A stretch of 64,000 nucleotides of DNA, taken from the NCBI GenBank assembly GCA_038131795.1, contig JAYPQE010000003.1, positions 424,773-488,772 on the forward strand, written 5' to 3'. How positions within the stretch are numbered: position 1 is the first letter of the stretch; the number at the start of each line of letters is the position of its first letter. Positions 29,084-39,052 of the stretch are shown here, in pieces. Below the pieces are notes generated by a model that saw only the letters and a list, made by a program, of their open reading frames with translations, was not told the origin of the DNA and did not search any database. Source of the DNA: Candidatus Eutrophobius brisbanensis (GTDB lineage Bacteria > Pseudomonadota > Gammaproteobacteria > Eutrophobiales > Eutrophobiaceae). The position numbers and the translations under genes were made by a program.

Positions 29084-29182
29084 TGGCTAGCCCTCTTCAT
29101 TAAAAATGTCGACATAGTAATAAATCATATGTAGATGTCTATCTGTCTTTTTCAATTGAGCTTAGTGAGTTAAAAGAGGGGC

Positions 29183-29873
29183 TTATGATTTGTTTTTTGA
29201 GCGTTGAAAGAGCTGGGGGTTTTCGTGGGTAAATTTTTCAATCCATTGCTCCAAAAACGAGTCGTTTTCCTGGGTACGGAAATACCTATACCCCAATATG
29301 GAGATGATGGCGGCACCCACGGTATCGACGATTAAATCCCACATTGTGTCTGTTAGCCCCGAGGGGTCATTGAACATGGGCTTTTTGCATATTCATCCCA
29401 AATATATAATCCATTGAAAATTCAAATATTTCCCATAATGCCCCCAGCGCCACAGCAAATACAAAGGCAAACAGTCCCATGAATCCTGCAGTCAAATCCA
29501 GGTTGATATCATCTTTTTCGTTCAGGACATACACCAGCAGGAAGCCGATAATTCCCAATAGCAGGCCTGAGCCCGTATGTAATACCACGTCCCACCACCA
29601 GTAAACATCATAGTAATTATGCACCTCCCCAAGAAATAATGAGGCATATAGAAACAGGATTGCTAACAGTTCAAATTCATGGGGTATTTTGATGGCAAAT
29701 CGTTTCCCCAGGGTAAAGGGTAAAAAGGTAATAAACATGATCGTCAGAATCTCGGCGGTCAGCAGGAATTGCATTTTATAGATGGCGATTAATGCACCGA
29801 TCAGCATGGTGAATTTTGTGAATACAGTAATGGCCCGATGGACCATCAGTGAAGTAATATGTATTTGTAACAT
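29183..29873 (-). pseudogene. Membrane protein (DUF2238-like) split by a 1-nt frameshift
   Basis: WWWDVVLH...GALWEIFEF motifs in the upstream part. Removing one T from the T5 run at 29382-29386 fuses the two ORFs into MNMQKPMFNDPSGLTDTMWDL. Confidence 0.75.
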
Positions 29874-29883
29874 AGTCAGGTGG

Positions 29884-30582
29884 TTATTTTTCAGATGTTC
29901 CTTCTAAATGTAGTTCAAACCTCATTTGTTCAGCAACCTTCAACATTCCACCTAGTACAGAAAATGGCCTGAGATTTAGTTGTGCATGACTCAGGACAAA
30001 AAAAGCATCGATATTAAGGATGTCACCATCACGTTGTGTCCTGGCATCCAGCTTCAGGGTGATCAGACTATCTTTAATAGCCAGTTGCACATCATATATG
30101 TTTTGGCTATTTAAATATGTTTCACCGGATATATTAATCCTGATTTCAGGGTGATTTTCACTGTCCAGTAGGCCCTCGCTAAGCATATTGTCCTGGGTAC
30201 CCTGAATATCTGATTCACTGGGGACAGATTCATAGCCATCACCGGCGAGCTGGCGTTCTGTCTCATCATCTATAATAAAGTCGGCTACAGGCAGGGTTAA
30301 TGTTGCAGTTGAGATACCGGGCGCGGGCGTGTACTCAATTTCTCCACTGATGGATCGGTTGGTGACGATATGGTTATGACCCATTTCTGATAACAATCCA
30401 GCGCGACCGACAAACACCTTCAGTATTGAGCGATCTGGGTCAATATTATAGTTTACAGTGCCATTATGTGGCCTGGCGTTTTCATCCTGGGCATATAGAG
30501 ACTGGCTAACGAATAAAGACACGCTGAGCGACAGACACAGGATGAAAATGCTTTGTCGAAATGGGGTCAAATCCAAATACAT
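29884..30582 (-). CDS. YceI-like exported protein
   Basis: Signal peptide from ATG 30582; YNIDPDRS.L.VFV.RAG...MGHNH, NML....LD...HPEI and PFSVLGG.LKV. Confidence 0.78.
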   Translation of the reverse strand: MYLDLTPFRQSIFILCLSLSVSLFVSQSLYAQDENARPHNGTVNYNIDPDRSILKVFVGRAGLLSEMGHNHIVTNRSISGEIEYTPAPGISTATLTLPVADFIIDDETERQLAGDGYESVPSESDIQGTQDNMLSEGLLDSENHPEIRINISGETYLNSQNIYDVQLAIKDSLITLKLDARTQRDGDILNIDAFFVLSHAQLNLRPFSVLGGMLKVAEQMRFELHLEGTSEK

Positions 30583-30850
30583 AGTCCCTGATTTTCCCCG
30601 GATTTTTATCTTCTCTCCAGCGGTTATTTGTCTTTTGGCTAAAAACACACCATTACCACGGGAAAACCATGAAAAATTTGAGGAAATAAAAGGGAAATTG
30701 ATAGTAACCGCAGGATCACGATATGCTGATGTTTGATATATTATGAGAAGCGATTGTTCATGCTGCAAAGATATACGAGCAGTATGAAACAATCACTCAT
30801 GGCCTAGCGAATGATTACACATTCACGTGATCTAAGCACAGGTTCCATCA

Positions 30851-31657
30851 ATGGTGGTAATGAACAGGATTATAATGAATAAAGCTTACAAAATATTTTC
30901 TGCTTTCAGTATTACCATCGCCATTTATATGGGGTTCGTCACGGTAGCAAATAGTGATCCACTGGCGAATCGAACTGCTTCAAATTCAGAATTCACCTTC
31001 ATTCGCCTGGTTTACAATTCTGCTCCTGCCATGTACCAGGGATATGGATATGGAATCCGGGACAGTTGGCGGGTAGATTGGCCAGATGCCGAAAATCATT
31101 TCCTGCAGGGATTGAAGCGATTAACCAGTGTGGATGCCGCCAGTAATGGGCAATTATTGTCCTTAATGGATGAGGAATTGTTTGATTATCCCTGGTTGTA
31201 TGTATTGGAAGTAGGTTCGTGGGTGCTGGGTGAAATGGAAATTCAACGGCTACGAGAATTTCTGTTAAAAGGCGGTTTTTTAATGATTGATGATTTTCAT
31301 GGTAGCCGGGAATGGGCCGGGTTTATGGCAACCATGCGGAAGGTCTTTCCTGATAGACCGGTTATGGAATTTACCAACAGTGATCAAGTCCTACATGTAT
31401 TGTTTGATCTTGATAACCGTATTCAGATTCCCGGTATACATACTTACTGGAGTGGGAATACTTTTGAAAAAGATGGGATATCTCCGCACTGGCGAGGGAT
31501 TTATGATGATGACGGCAGGTTAATGGTTGCCATCAATTTTAATATGGATATTGGTGATGCATGGGAACATGCTGATCATCCCAATTATCCTGAACCCATG
31601 ACGGCACTGGCATACCGGTTTGGAGTGAATTATGTCATTTATGCCATGACGCATTGA
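30851..31657 (+). CDS. DUF4159 domain protein (exported or membrane anchored)
   Basis: EFTFIRLVY, W.VDWPDAE, LFDYPWLY, LREFLLKGGFLMIDDF and C-terminal GVNYVIYAMTH. Start uncertain among several ATGs. Confidence 0.82.
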   Translation: MVVMNRIIMNKAYKIFSAFSITIAIYMGFVTVANSDPLANRTASNSEFTFIRLVYNSAPAMYQGYGYGIRDSWRVDWPDAENHFLQGLKRLTSVDAASNGQLLSLMDEELFDYPWLYVLEVGSWVLGEMEIQRLREFLLKGGFLMIDDFHGSREWAGFMATMRKVFPDRPVMEFTNSDQVLHVLFDLDNRIQIPGIHTYWSGNTFEKDGISPHWRGIYDDDGRLMVAINFNMDIGDAWEHADHPNYPEPMTALAYRFGVNYVIYAMTH

Positions 31658-33891
31658 TTAGCATGATAGATTTTTTACTTAAATATCCTCAAATCGTCTA
31701 TGACCAGGGTGAATTGATCTTTGCCAGGGAATGGCCGACGTGGATAGCAATCACATGCTTCATCATTATAGTACTCGCCATATCGGCAATGTTGCTTATC
31801 AAACGCAGCAGTTTGAGGTTATCGCAAATTCTGACTATCTGGGTATTACAGGTACTGCTGGTAATGGTTGTATTGGTGGTGATCTGGAAACCGGCCATCA
31901 TGACTGAAAAGCTCAGGGCAGGGGACAACGTTATTGCCATGATGCTGGATACCTCTGAGAGTATGAATTACACGGAGCAGGGTGAATCCAGAATGCAGAC
32001 GGCATTGGCCGTTATGGAAAAGGATGCCATTGCCGGCTTGAATGACCAGTACCTTCTCCAGCGGTTTACCTTCGATCAGGAAGCTGCTCCTATTGAGTCC
32101 TACAACACCTTACCGCCGCCTGAACAGATGACCTTACTGGGCGATTCAGTCAGGCAGGTATTGAGTATGTCACGGTCGACGCCATTAGGGGCCATAGTCC
32201 TGGTCTCAGACGGTGCGGATAATGCCGGGACCCTGACCCAGGACCAGCTGGCAGAGATTGCAGGGTTTAATGTCCCGGTACATACCATTGGCATTGGTCG
32301 TGAGGCCATACCAGAGGACCTTGAACTACAGACCGTGAGCCTGCCAGGTCAGGCCTTGCCCGGGACCATATTGGCTGCCAGGGTTGCGGTGCGCCATGAT
32401 AAATCCGGTCTGGCTAGGCTTAAGGTTTATGATAATGACAATATCATCATGAGCCATGAGCTGGAGTTGGAGGAAGGTCATTCAGTGACCACGGCCTGGA
32501 TTGATATCCCGGTATCAGATACTGGCTATAGACACCTGAAGTTTTCCCTGGACCCCTGGGATGGCGAGCAGGTCACCCAAAACAATCAACAATCGCGGGT
32601 GGTGAACGTTAAGGAAGAAAAGTACAGAGTATTATATATCGAGGGTGAGCCACGTTGGGAATACAAGTTCATGCGCCGTGCCATGGACAAGGACCCCAGC
32701 ATAGACCTGGTTAGTCTGTTACGTGTTAGTCAGAATAAGTTTTACCGCCAGGGCATCAGCAGTGCCGATGAACTTGAAGAAGGTTTTCCAACGAGCCGAA
32801 AAGAATTGTTTAAATATAACGCCTTGATCATTGGTAGTATTGAGGCAGCATCGTTTACTCCTGAACAACAGCAAATGGTTCACGATTTTGTCAGCGAGCG
32901 TGGTGGCAGCCTGTTGATGATTGCCGGTATAAATGGCCTGGGTAACGGTGGATGGGACAACACCTTATTAAATGATGTCTTGCCGGCAAAGTTAGACCAG
33001 GATAATAATCCTTTTGTCAGGGAGAAGGTCAAAGTGGATATGACCTCGGTGGGGCTTCATTCATCCATGTTGAAATTTGATCAGGACATAAATCGCAACC
33101 GTCTGCAGTGGCAGGAATTACCCGAAATTGCGGATTACCAGCTAATTGATAGTCTAAAACCGGCTGCTGCGACATTGCTGACTTTTGACGCCGCCGGGGA
33201 AACCCACCCATTACTGGTCAACCAGCCGTATGGGCGTGGTTTCAGTTATATCCTTGCGACCGGGGGTACCTGGCGTTGGCAAATGAGTTTGCCGTTGGAC
33301 GATCAGCGTCATGAGACCTTCTGGCGCCAGTTATTGAGAGAAATGGTTATTGATACCCCGGGACGTTTTTTTATTACCAGCCAGGTGACCGGTAACAGGG
33401 TCAGGATTAAATCTGAAATACGTAATGAAGAATACCAGCCGGAACGGGAATTAAAATTGACGGCCATAGTAACGCCAGAATCCGGTGAAGTCATGACTGT
33501 GGAGTTGCATCCATCCACTGATCTGCCTGACCTCATGTCCGGGGAATTCAGGGCCGATACCTCGGGTCTGTATAATATCGAAACCATTACCCGTCGCGAT
33601 GATGAACCCATAGATTCCGCGAGGATGGCCATCTATCACGATGCCGGCAAGGCCGAATATTTCTCATTACGCACCAATCGAAATCTACTGCAACAACTGG
33701 CTGATGCAACAGGTGGACGTTACTGGACAATAGATGAGCTGGATGAACTGCCAAGTGCGATAGAGTTTTCTTCTGCCGGCATTACCGAAAGAGAGATTAG
33801 CCCGTTGTGGGATGCTCCCTTATTCTTCATTTTGTTAGTGTTACTTAAAACCACTGAGTGGCTGCTCAGGCGTCGCTGGAATACCATATAA
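31654..33891 (+). CDS. Membrane-anchored vWA plus class I glutamine amidotransferase-like domain protein
   Basis: Two N-terminal TMs; MIDAS DTSES and LVSDG; RVLYIEGEPRWEYKF, FVSERGGSLLM and YGRG..TWRW; C-terminal TM ending EWLLRRRW. ATG at 31663 is an alternative start. Confidence 0.8.
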   Translation: MISMIDFLLKYPQIVYDQGELIFAREWPTWIAITCFIIIVLAISAMLLIKRSSLRLSQILTIWVLQVLLVMVVLVVIWKPAIMTEKLRAGDNVIAMMLDTSESMNYTEQGESRMQTALAVMEKDAIAGLNDQYLLQRFTFDQEAAPIESYNTLPPPEQMTLLGDSVRQVLSMSRSTPLGAIVLVSDGADNAGTLTQDQLAEIAGFNVPVHTIGIGREAIPEDLELQTVSLPGQALPGTILAARVAVRHDKSGLARLKVYDNDNIIMSHELELEEGHSVTTAWIDIPVSDTGYRHLKFSLDPWDGEQVTQNNQQSRVVNVKEEKYRVLYIEGEPRWEYKFMRRAMDKDPSIDLVSLLRVSQNKFYRQGISSADELEEGFPTSRKELFKYNALIIGSIEAASFTPEQQQMVHDFVSERGGSLLMIAGINGLGNGGWDNTLLNDVLPAKLDQDNNPFVREKVKVDMTSVGLHSSMLKFDQDINRNRLQWQELPEIADYQLIDSLKPAAATLLTFDAAGETHPLLVNQPYGRGFSYILATGGTWRWQMSLPLDDQRHETFWRQLLREMVIDTPGRFFITSQVTGNRVRIKSEIRNEEYQPERELKLTAIVTPESGEVMTVELHPSTDLPDLMSGEFRADTSGLYNIETITRRDDEPIDSARMAIYHDAGKAEYFSLRTNRNLLQQLADATGGRYWTIDELDELPSAIEFSSAGITEREISPLWDAPLFFILLVLLKTTEWLLRRRWNTI

Positions 33892-34791
33892 ATGTTACGT
33901 CTATTTACTTGTTTAATCTTGATGATGCCGATGGCAGTCTTCGCTGATCGCTATGTGACTATCATTCAGGGATTAGATGGCACACAAACCTATGGACAGC
34001 AATTCACAGAGCAGGCCACGCGATTAAACATTGCCGCAGAGTCTATTACCGAGAATTCATTGATACGGTTTATTTCCGGTGATGAAGCGACCCGGGAAAA
34101 CATTATGGAACATTTTAGTCAACTGCAAACCGTTATGCAGGAAGATGATCGTATCGCCGTGTTTCTTATTGGTCATGGCAGCTTCGACGGTTACGAGTAT
34201 AAATTCAATATCCCCGGGCTCGACATAACGGGAGAAGACCTGCAGACTGCCATGGATGCGTTGCCTGCTCGTATCCAGATGTTGGTGAATACCAGCAGTG
34301 CCAGTGGGGCAATTAAAGAGCAGCTTGAAAACGAAGATCGTGTGGTCATAACCGCTACCCGAAACGGCAATGAAAGGTTGGCTACCCGGTTTGGCGAATA
34401 TTTCTTTGCAGCCATTGAGGACTCGGCAGCAGATTTAAACAAAAATGATGCCATTACCGCCCAGGAAGCATTTGATTATGCCGAGCGCATGGTCAAGGAT
34501 TATTTTGAATATCAGGGCCAATTGGCGACGGAGCACCCGGAGATTTCCGGAGACTATGCGGGCCAATTTGTGATTGCCCGGCTGGGTCAGGACAGGCCTG
34601 AAAGGGAAGACTCTGAACTGACCAGGTTATTGTCAAAGCGTAGTGCACTTGATATCAAGATAGAGGAATTGCAGCTTAAGAAGGGTGAGTTGCAACAGGA
34701 TGATTTTCTCAGTCAATTACAGATGCTGATGATTGAACTCTCAACCTTACAGGAAAAGATAGACCAGCTTGGTGGGGTGTCCGGGGAATGA
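33892..34791 (+). CDS. Exported caspase/legumain-fold (clan CD-like) protein with C-terminal coiled coil
   Basis: Signal peptide; ATRENI, VFLIGHG, VNTSSASG, RVVITAT, ADLNKND.IT..EAFDY and EHP; no Cys at the nucleophile position. Confidence 0.6.
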   Translation: MLRLFTCLILMMPMAVFADRYVTIIQGLDGTQTYGQQFTEQATRLNIAAESITENSLIRFISGDEATRENIMEHFSQLQTVMQEDDRIAVFLIGHGSFDGYEYKFNIPGLDITGEDLQTAMDALPARIQMLVNTSSASGAIKEQLENEDRVVITATRNGNERLATRFGEYFFAAIEDSAADLNKNDAITAQEAFDYAERMVKDYFEYQGQLATEHPEISGDYAGQFVIARLGQDRPEREDSELTRLLSKRSALDIKIEELQLKKGELQQDDFLSQLQMLMIELSTLQEKIDQLGGVSGE

Positions 34792-37088
34792 CACTGTCGG
34801 CATTAAACCTCCAGCGATCCTGTATTTCATTAGTTTTATTTTTATTTATGACTGGTCCAGCTGTGGTGGTGGCCCGGTCCATGCATTATGGCGCCATTAA
34901 CATACCGGATCTCAAACAGTGTGATGAGATGCATTGGCACGGTGAACTGCAGCCGGCCCGGCAATGTTACCGTCAACTAATCTCAACCAGTGCCGATCTA
35001 CTGGTGCAGGCAGAGAGTACCTGGGCCCTGAACGATATTAAATCGGCCAATACCCTGTTTCAATCTGCTGTGAAGGCCGATCCTGATAATGCCCTCATAC
35101 GCCTGCGTTGGGGTGAACTGTATATGCAGACGTATCAGTATCAAACAGCGTTTGAATTGTTCCAGGAGGCCCTGCTACGTGAACCTGAAAACAGCTTTGC
35201 GCAGATAGGTGCGGCAAAGGCATTGGCTGAGCGGTTTGAATCTGATGCAAGAAAGTATATCGATCAGGTTATGGCCAACGAGAATGCCGCGGCTGGTGCC
35301 CAGTATCAGGCCTTATTGTTATTGGCAAGAATGGCCATGGAAGCGACAGAGATGTTCAAGGCCGTGGATTTTCTCAATGAGGCAGAGTCCATTGCTACAG
35401 AGCATGGACTGTTACCACTGGAGATCTATGCATTATTTGCCAGCATGGACCTGTTGGAGGGAAAGTCTGATTCAGAATGGATCAGTCGTGCATTACAGAT
35501 CAATCCGGCGTATGGCGATATCTATGCGATACCCGGGTATTTTTTCTGGGTGTCCCGTCGATACCGGGAATCCATCGAGCTCTTCAGCAAGGCCATTGAT
35601 ATTAAGCCGGACCACTGGATTGCCCACATGGAACTGGGGATTAACCTGTTACGCGATAACCAGGTGACCCGGGCGCGCCAGCATCTGGAGATTGCCTATG
35701 GCGGTGATCCCTATAATCCAAAGACTGTGAATACATTACGTCTACTGGACACCTTTGATGAATATGATCTGATCAATGTTCCCGATACTCCAAAACAAAA
35801 TACCTTCCCAAGCATAATATTTCGCCTGCACAAAGATGAGAGCGGCGTTTTACAGCCTTATGCTGAACGGTTGGCGGAGCGGGGGATTCGTGAATATACC
35901 GAGCGTTACCAGTTTGAATTAAAAGAACCGGTAATCATTGAGATTTATCCAAACCATGACGACTTTGTCGTGCGGACCATAGGCATGCCAGGGGTGGGGA
36001 TACTGGGGGCCGCCTTTGGTTATGTGTTTGCAATGGATTCACCGACTGACCATCCTGACAAGGAATACCACTGGGGGACCACCTTGTGGCATGAACTCGC
36101 CCATGTATTTACCCTCGAGGCCACCGACCACCTAATTCCCCGCTGGTACAGCGAGGGTATATCCGTTTTTGAGGAATGGCGATATGGCCCCATCAAGGGG
36201 ATACGTATTCCGGTAAATGTCCTGGGGGCCATGGCCGAAGACAAATTTCTACCCATTGCTGAACTGGACAATGGTTTTATTCGTCCCACTTATAACGATC
36301 AGGTTATTGTTTCTTATATGCAGGCAGGCTTGGTGTGTGAATTCATTACGCGAAAGTTTGGTTCTGAGAAAATTGTTGCCATGCTGGCCGAGTTCAAGGA
36401 GGGGGGCAATACCAGCCAGGCTGTGCGCCGGGTGTTGGAAATGGCGCCAGAAGAATTTGATGACCTTTTTGATGACTTTGTGGCCCGTGAGTTCGGTGAG
36501 TTACTGGAGCATCTGGATGACTGGAAAAAACTGCACCAGACGGCAGTAAAAAATCTGGCCCAAGAAGACTGGCAGGATGCCCTGGATGCCGCAGAACAGG
36601 CCGTTGATATCTTTCCAGACTATGTAGAAAGTGATAGCCCAATGTTATTTATGGCCACCGCTCATTCAAAACTGGAAAATGATGATGCCCAGACAGGAAT
36701 TTTGTATGAATATTGGCAAAAGGGAGGGTATGCACCGGAGGCCATCTGGCTGCTGGCCCGGAAATTTTATAACAGCGGTAAAACGTCCCAGGCCATAGAG
36801 GTGTTGAATTCCTTAAACCTGGTTGATCCATTTGATGCTGAACTGCATAGTACCCTGGGAGACTGGTTATTGGAGGACCACAGATTGGCAGAGGCATTGG
36901 TGGAATATGAGGTTGCCCTGGCTATGAACCCACACGATATGGCCGCGGCCTATTACCGCATTGCCAATGTTAATCACCGCCTGGAAAATTATGATGAGGC
37001 AAGGAAAAACGTATTGGCAGCACTGGAAATCGCGCCCTATTATCGACCGGCGCAAAAATTATTATTGGAAACCACAAGAATAAAATAA
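34788..37088 (+). CDS. Exported TPR protein with central MA-clan (gluzincin-like) metallopeptidase domain
   Basis: Signal peptide; TPR repeats on both sides of TLWHELAHVF...PRWYSEG. Confidence 0.8.
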   Translation: MTLSALNLQRSCISLVLFLFMTGPAVVVARSMHYGAINIPDLKQCDEMHWHGELQPARQCYRQLISTSADLLVQAESTWALNDIKSANTLFQSAVKADPDNALIRLRWGELYMQTYQYQTAFELFQEALLREPENSFAQIGAAKALAERFESDARKYIDQVMANENAAAGAQYQALLLLARMAMEATEMFKAVDFLNEAESIATEHGLLPLEIYALFASMDLLEGKSDSEWISRALQINPAYGDIYAIPGYFFWVSRRYRESIELFSKAIDIKPDHWIAHMELGINLLRDNQVTRARQHLEIAYGGDPYNPKTVNTLRLLDTFDEYDLINVPDTPKQNTFPSIIFRLHKDESGVLQPYAERLAERGIREYTERYQFELKEPVIIEIYPNHDDFVVRTIGMPGVGILGAAFGYVFAMDSPTDHPDKEYHWGTTLWHELAHVFTLEATDHLIPRWYSEGISVFEEWRYGPIKGIRIPVNVLGAMAEDKFLPIAELDNGFIRPTYNDQVIVSYMQAGLVCEFITRKFGSEKIVAMLAEFKEGGNTSQAVRRVLEMAPEEFDDLFDDFVAREFGELLEHLDDWKKLHQTAVKNLAQEDWQDALDAAEQAVDIFPDYVESDSPMLFMATAHSKLENDDAQTGILYEYWQKGGYAPEAIWLLARKFYNSGKTSQAIEVLNSLNLVDPFDAELHSTLGDWLLEDHRLAEALVEYEVALAMNPHDMAAAYYRIANVNHRLENYDEARKNVLAALEIAPYYRPAQKLLLETTRIK

Positions 37089-37108
37089 CAACAAGGAGCT
37101 GAAACCTC

Positions 37109-38134
37109 ATGTCAGAAGAAGAGAATAACACAGGGACTCTGGATTCAGAGGAGGTCAGATCACTGGTTGAGTCCTTCAGGACGTCCATGGATCGCATACG
37201 GGTTGAAGTCCATAAGGTCATAGTTGGACAGAATGAAGTCGTTGAGCATTTATTGACAACCTTACTGGTTGGCGGCCATTGTCTGATTACCGGGATGCCT
37301 GGGACGGCGAAGACATTATTAGTCAGGACCCTGGCCACGGCATTAGGCCTGACATATAAACGAATACAGTTTACTCCCGATCTGATGCCAACGGATGTGA
37401 CCGGGACTGACATCATTGAGGATGATGCCACAACGGGCCATAAGACCTGGACATTTGTTCAAGGGCCAATCTTTGCCAATGTATTACTTGCGGATGAGAT
37501 AAACCGGACCCCACCCAAGACTCAGTCCGCCCTGTTGGAAGCCATGCAGGAAAAGTCTGTGACAGTTAGGGGTAAAATTCACAAACTGGATCCGCCTTTT
37601 TTCGTCCTGGCAACTCAAAACCCAATTGAACTGGAGGGAACATACCCATTACCCGAGGCCCAGTTAGACCGATTCTTATTTAATGTTGTCCTGGATTACC
37701 TGAGCGATGATGATGAACTTGCCGTGGTCAATCGGTTTACCACCCGGGTGGATATGCCGGAGGTGGATGTATGTTCAAATGCAGAAGATATTCTCAAGTT
37801 TCAATGGTTAGTTAGACAGGTGCCGGTAGCGGATTCGGTGAATCGATATGCTGTAAACCTGGTCCGCGCTACCCGCCCGAAAGATCCTGCTGCCCCGGAT
37901 GCGGTAAGGAAATATGTAAATTTCGGGGCCAGTGTCAGGGCGACCATGTTTTTGACCCTGGCAGCCAAGGCCAATGCATTATTGGAGGGGCGTTACCATG
38001 TCAGTAATGATGATATAGCCGCCATTGCCTTACCCGTGCTGCGCCATCGTGTTTTGACCAATTACCATGCGGAATCAGATGGAACATCCGTAGACGATAT
38101 ATTACGACTCGTTCTTGAGCATGTGAAGTCCTGA
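37109..38134 (+). CDS. moxR: MoxR-family AAA+ ATPase
   Basis: VIVGQ, GMPGTAKT, RIQFTPDLMP, LLADEINRTPPKTQSALLEAM and ATQNPIELEGTYPLPEAQLDRF. Confidence 0.95.
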   Translation: MSEEENNTGTLDSEEVRSLVESFRTSMDRIRVEVHKVIVGQNEVVEHLLTTLLVGGHCLITGMPGTAKTLLVRTLATALGLTYKRIQFTPDLMPTDVTGTDIIEDDATTGHKTWTFVQGPIFANVLLADEINRTPPKTQSALLEAMQEKSVTVRGKIHKLDPPFFVLATQNPIELEGTYPLPEAQLDRFLFNVVLDYLSDDDELAVVNRFTTRVDMPEVDVCSNAEDILKFQWLVRQVPVADSVNRYAVNLVRATRPKDPAAPDAVRKYVNFGASVRATMFLTLAAKANALLEGRYHVSNDDIAAIALPVLRHRVLTNYHAESDGTSVDDILRLVLEHVKS

Positions 38135-38138
38135 CCCT

Positions 38139-39050
38139 ATGAATTCACCACAGGCTCAATCAAACCCCACTCGGTTATTACAACCGGATGTGCTGGCCAG
38201 GTTATCCAACCTGGAGCTGGTGGCACGTGCTGTGGTTGAAGGATTTTTAATCGGATTACACCGTTCACCGCAGTTTGGGTTTAGCCAGGAGTTTGTGGAA
38301 TACCGTCCTTATGTGGAAGGTGACGATCCGCGATTTGTTGACTGGAATGTCTATGCACGCATTGAAAAGGCCTATATAAAACGCTTTTTAGGTGAGACCA
38401 ATAGCCATTTAATGTTGTTGCTGGATTCCAGTGCATCCATGTCCTATGGTTCTGCCAATATTACAAAATTTGATTATGGTCAGTTCCTGGCGGCCAGTCT
38501 GGCATTCATGTCATCACAACAGCATGATGCGGTTGGATGTATCGTCTTTGATGACGATGTGGTGGAGTACCGGGCACCGTCCACGCGCAGTGGAAAATTG
38601 TTAGGTGTGTTACATGCCATAGATAATGCAGAGGCATCTCGTGGTACTGATTTGGGAAAACCCTTTCAACACTTCAGTGAATTATCCAACCGTCGTGGCA
38701 TGGTGGTGGTGATTTCAGATTTTTATTGTGATGCCGAAGAGATGATCGAAAGTGTCCGTCCGTTGGCATTTAAGGGGCAGGATATCATTTTATTTCAGTT
38801 GCTTGATCCTGGTGAAATTAACCCGGGATTCAAGGATGCAGTCTTGATTGAAGATCTTGAGACCGGTGAAACCATGGAAGTTTCAAAGAAATTTATCCGC
38901 GACCAGTATCCAAAAAAGATTCAACAGCATATTGATTCCATTAGTGAAGCGGCAACCAGTGTTGGTGCAGACCATGTCCTGGTCGATACCTCAGAGCCAT
39001 TGGACCAGGCGTTGCATAATTACCTGTTATTCAGGCAGAGACGGAGGTAG
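38139..39050 (+). CDS. DUF58 domain protein (vWA-like MoxR partner)
   Basis: GLHRS...G.S.EF.EYRPY.EGDD.R.VDW; MIDAS-like DSSAS and VISDF. Confidence 0.92.
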   Translation: MNSPQAQSNPTRLLQPDVLARLSNLELVARAVVEGFLIGLHRSPQFGFSQEFVEYRPYVEGDDPRFVDWNVYARIEKAYIKRFLGETNSHLMLLLDSSASMSYGSANITKFDYGQFLAASLAFMSSQQHDAVGCIVFDDDVVEYRAPSTRSGKLLGVLHAIDNAEASRGTDLGKPFQHFSELSNRRGMVVVISDFYCDAEEMIESVRPLAFKGQDIILFQLLDPGEINPGFKDAVLIEDLETGETMEVSKKFIRDQYPKKIQQHIDSISEAATSVGADHVLVDTSEPLDQALHNYLLFRQRRR

Positions 39051-39052
39051 GG

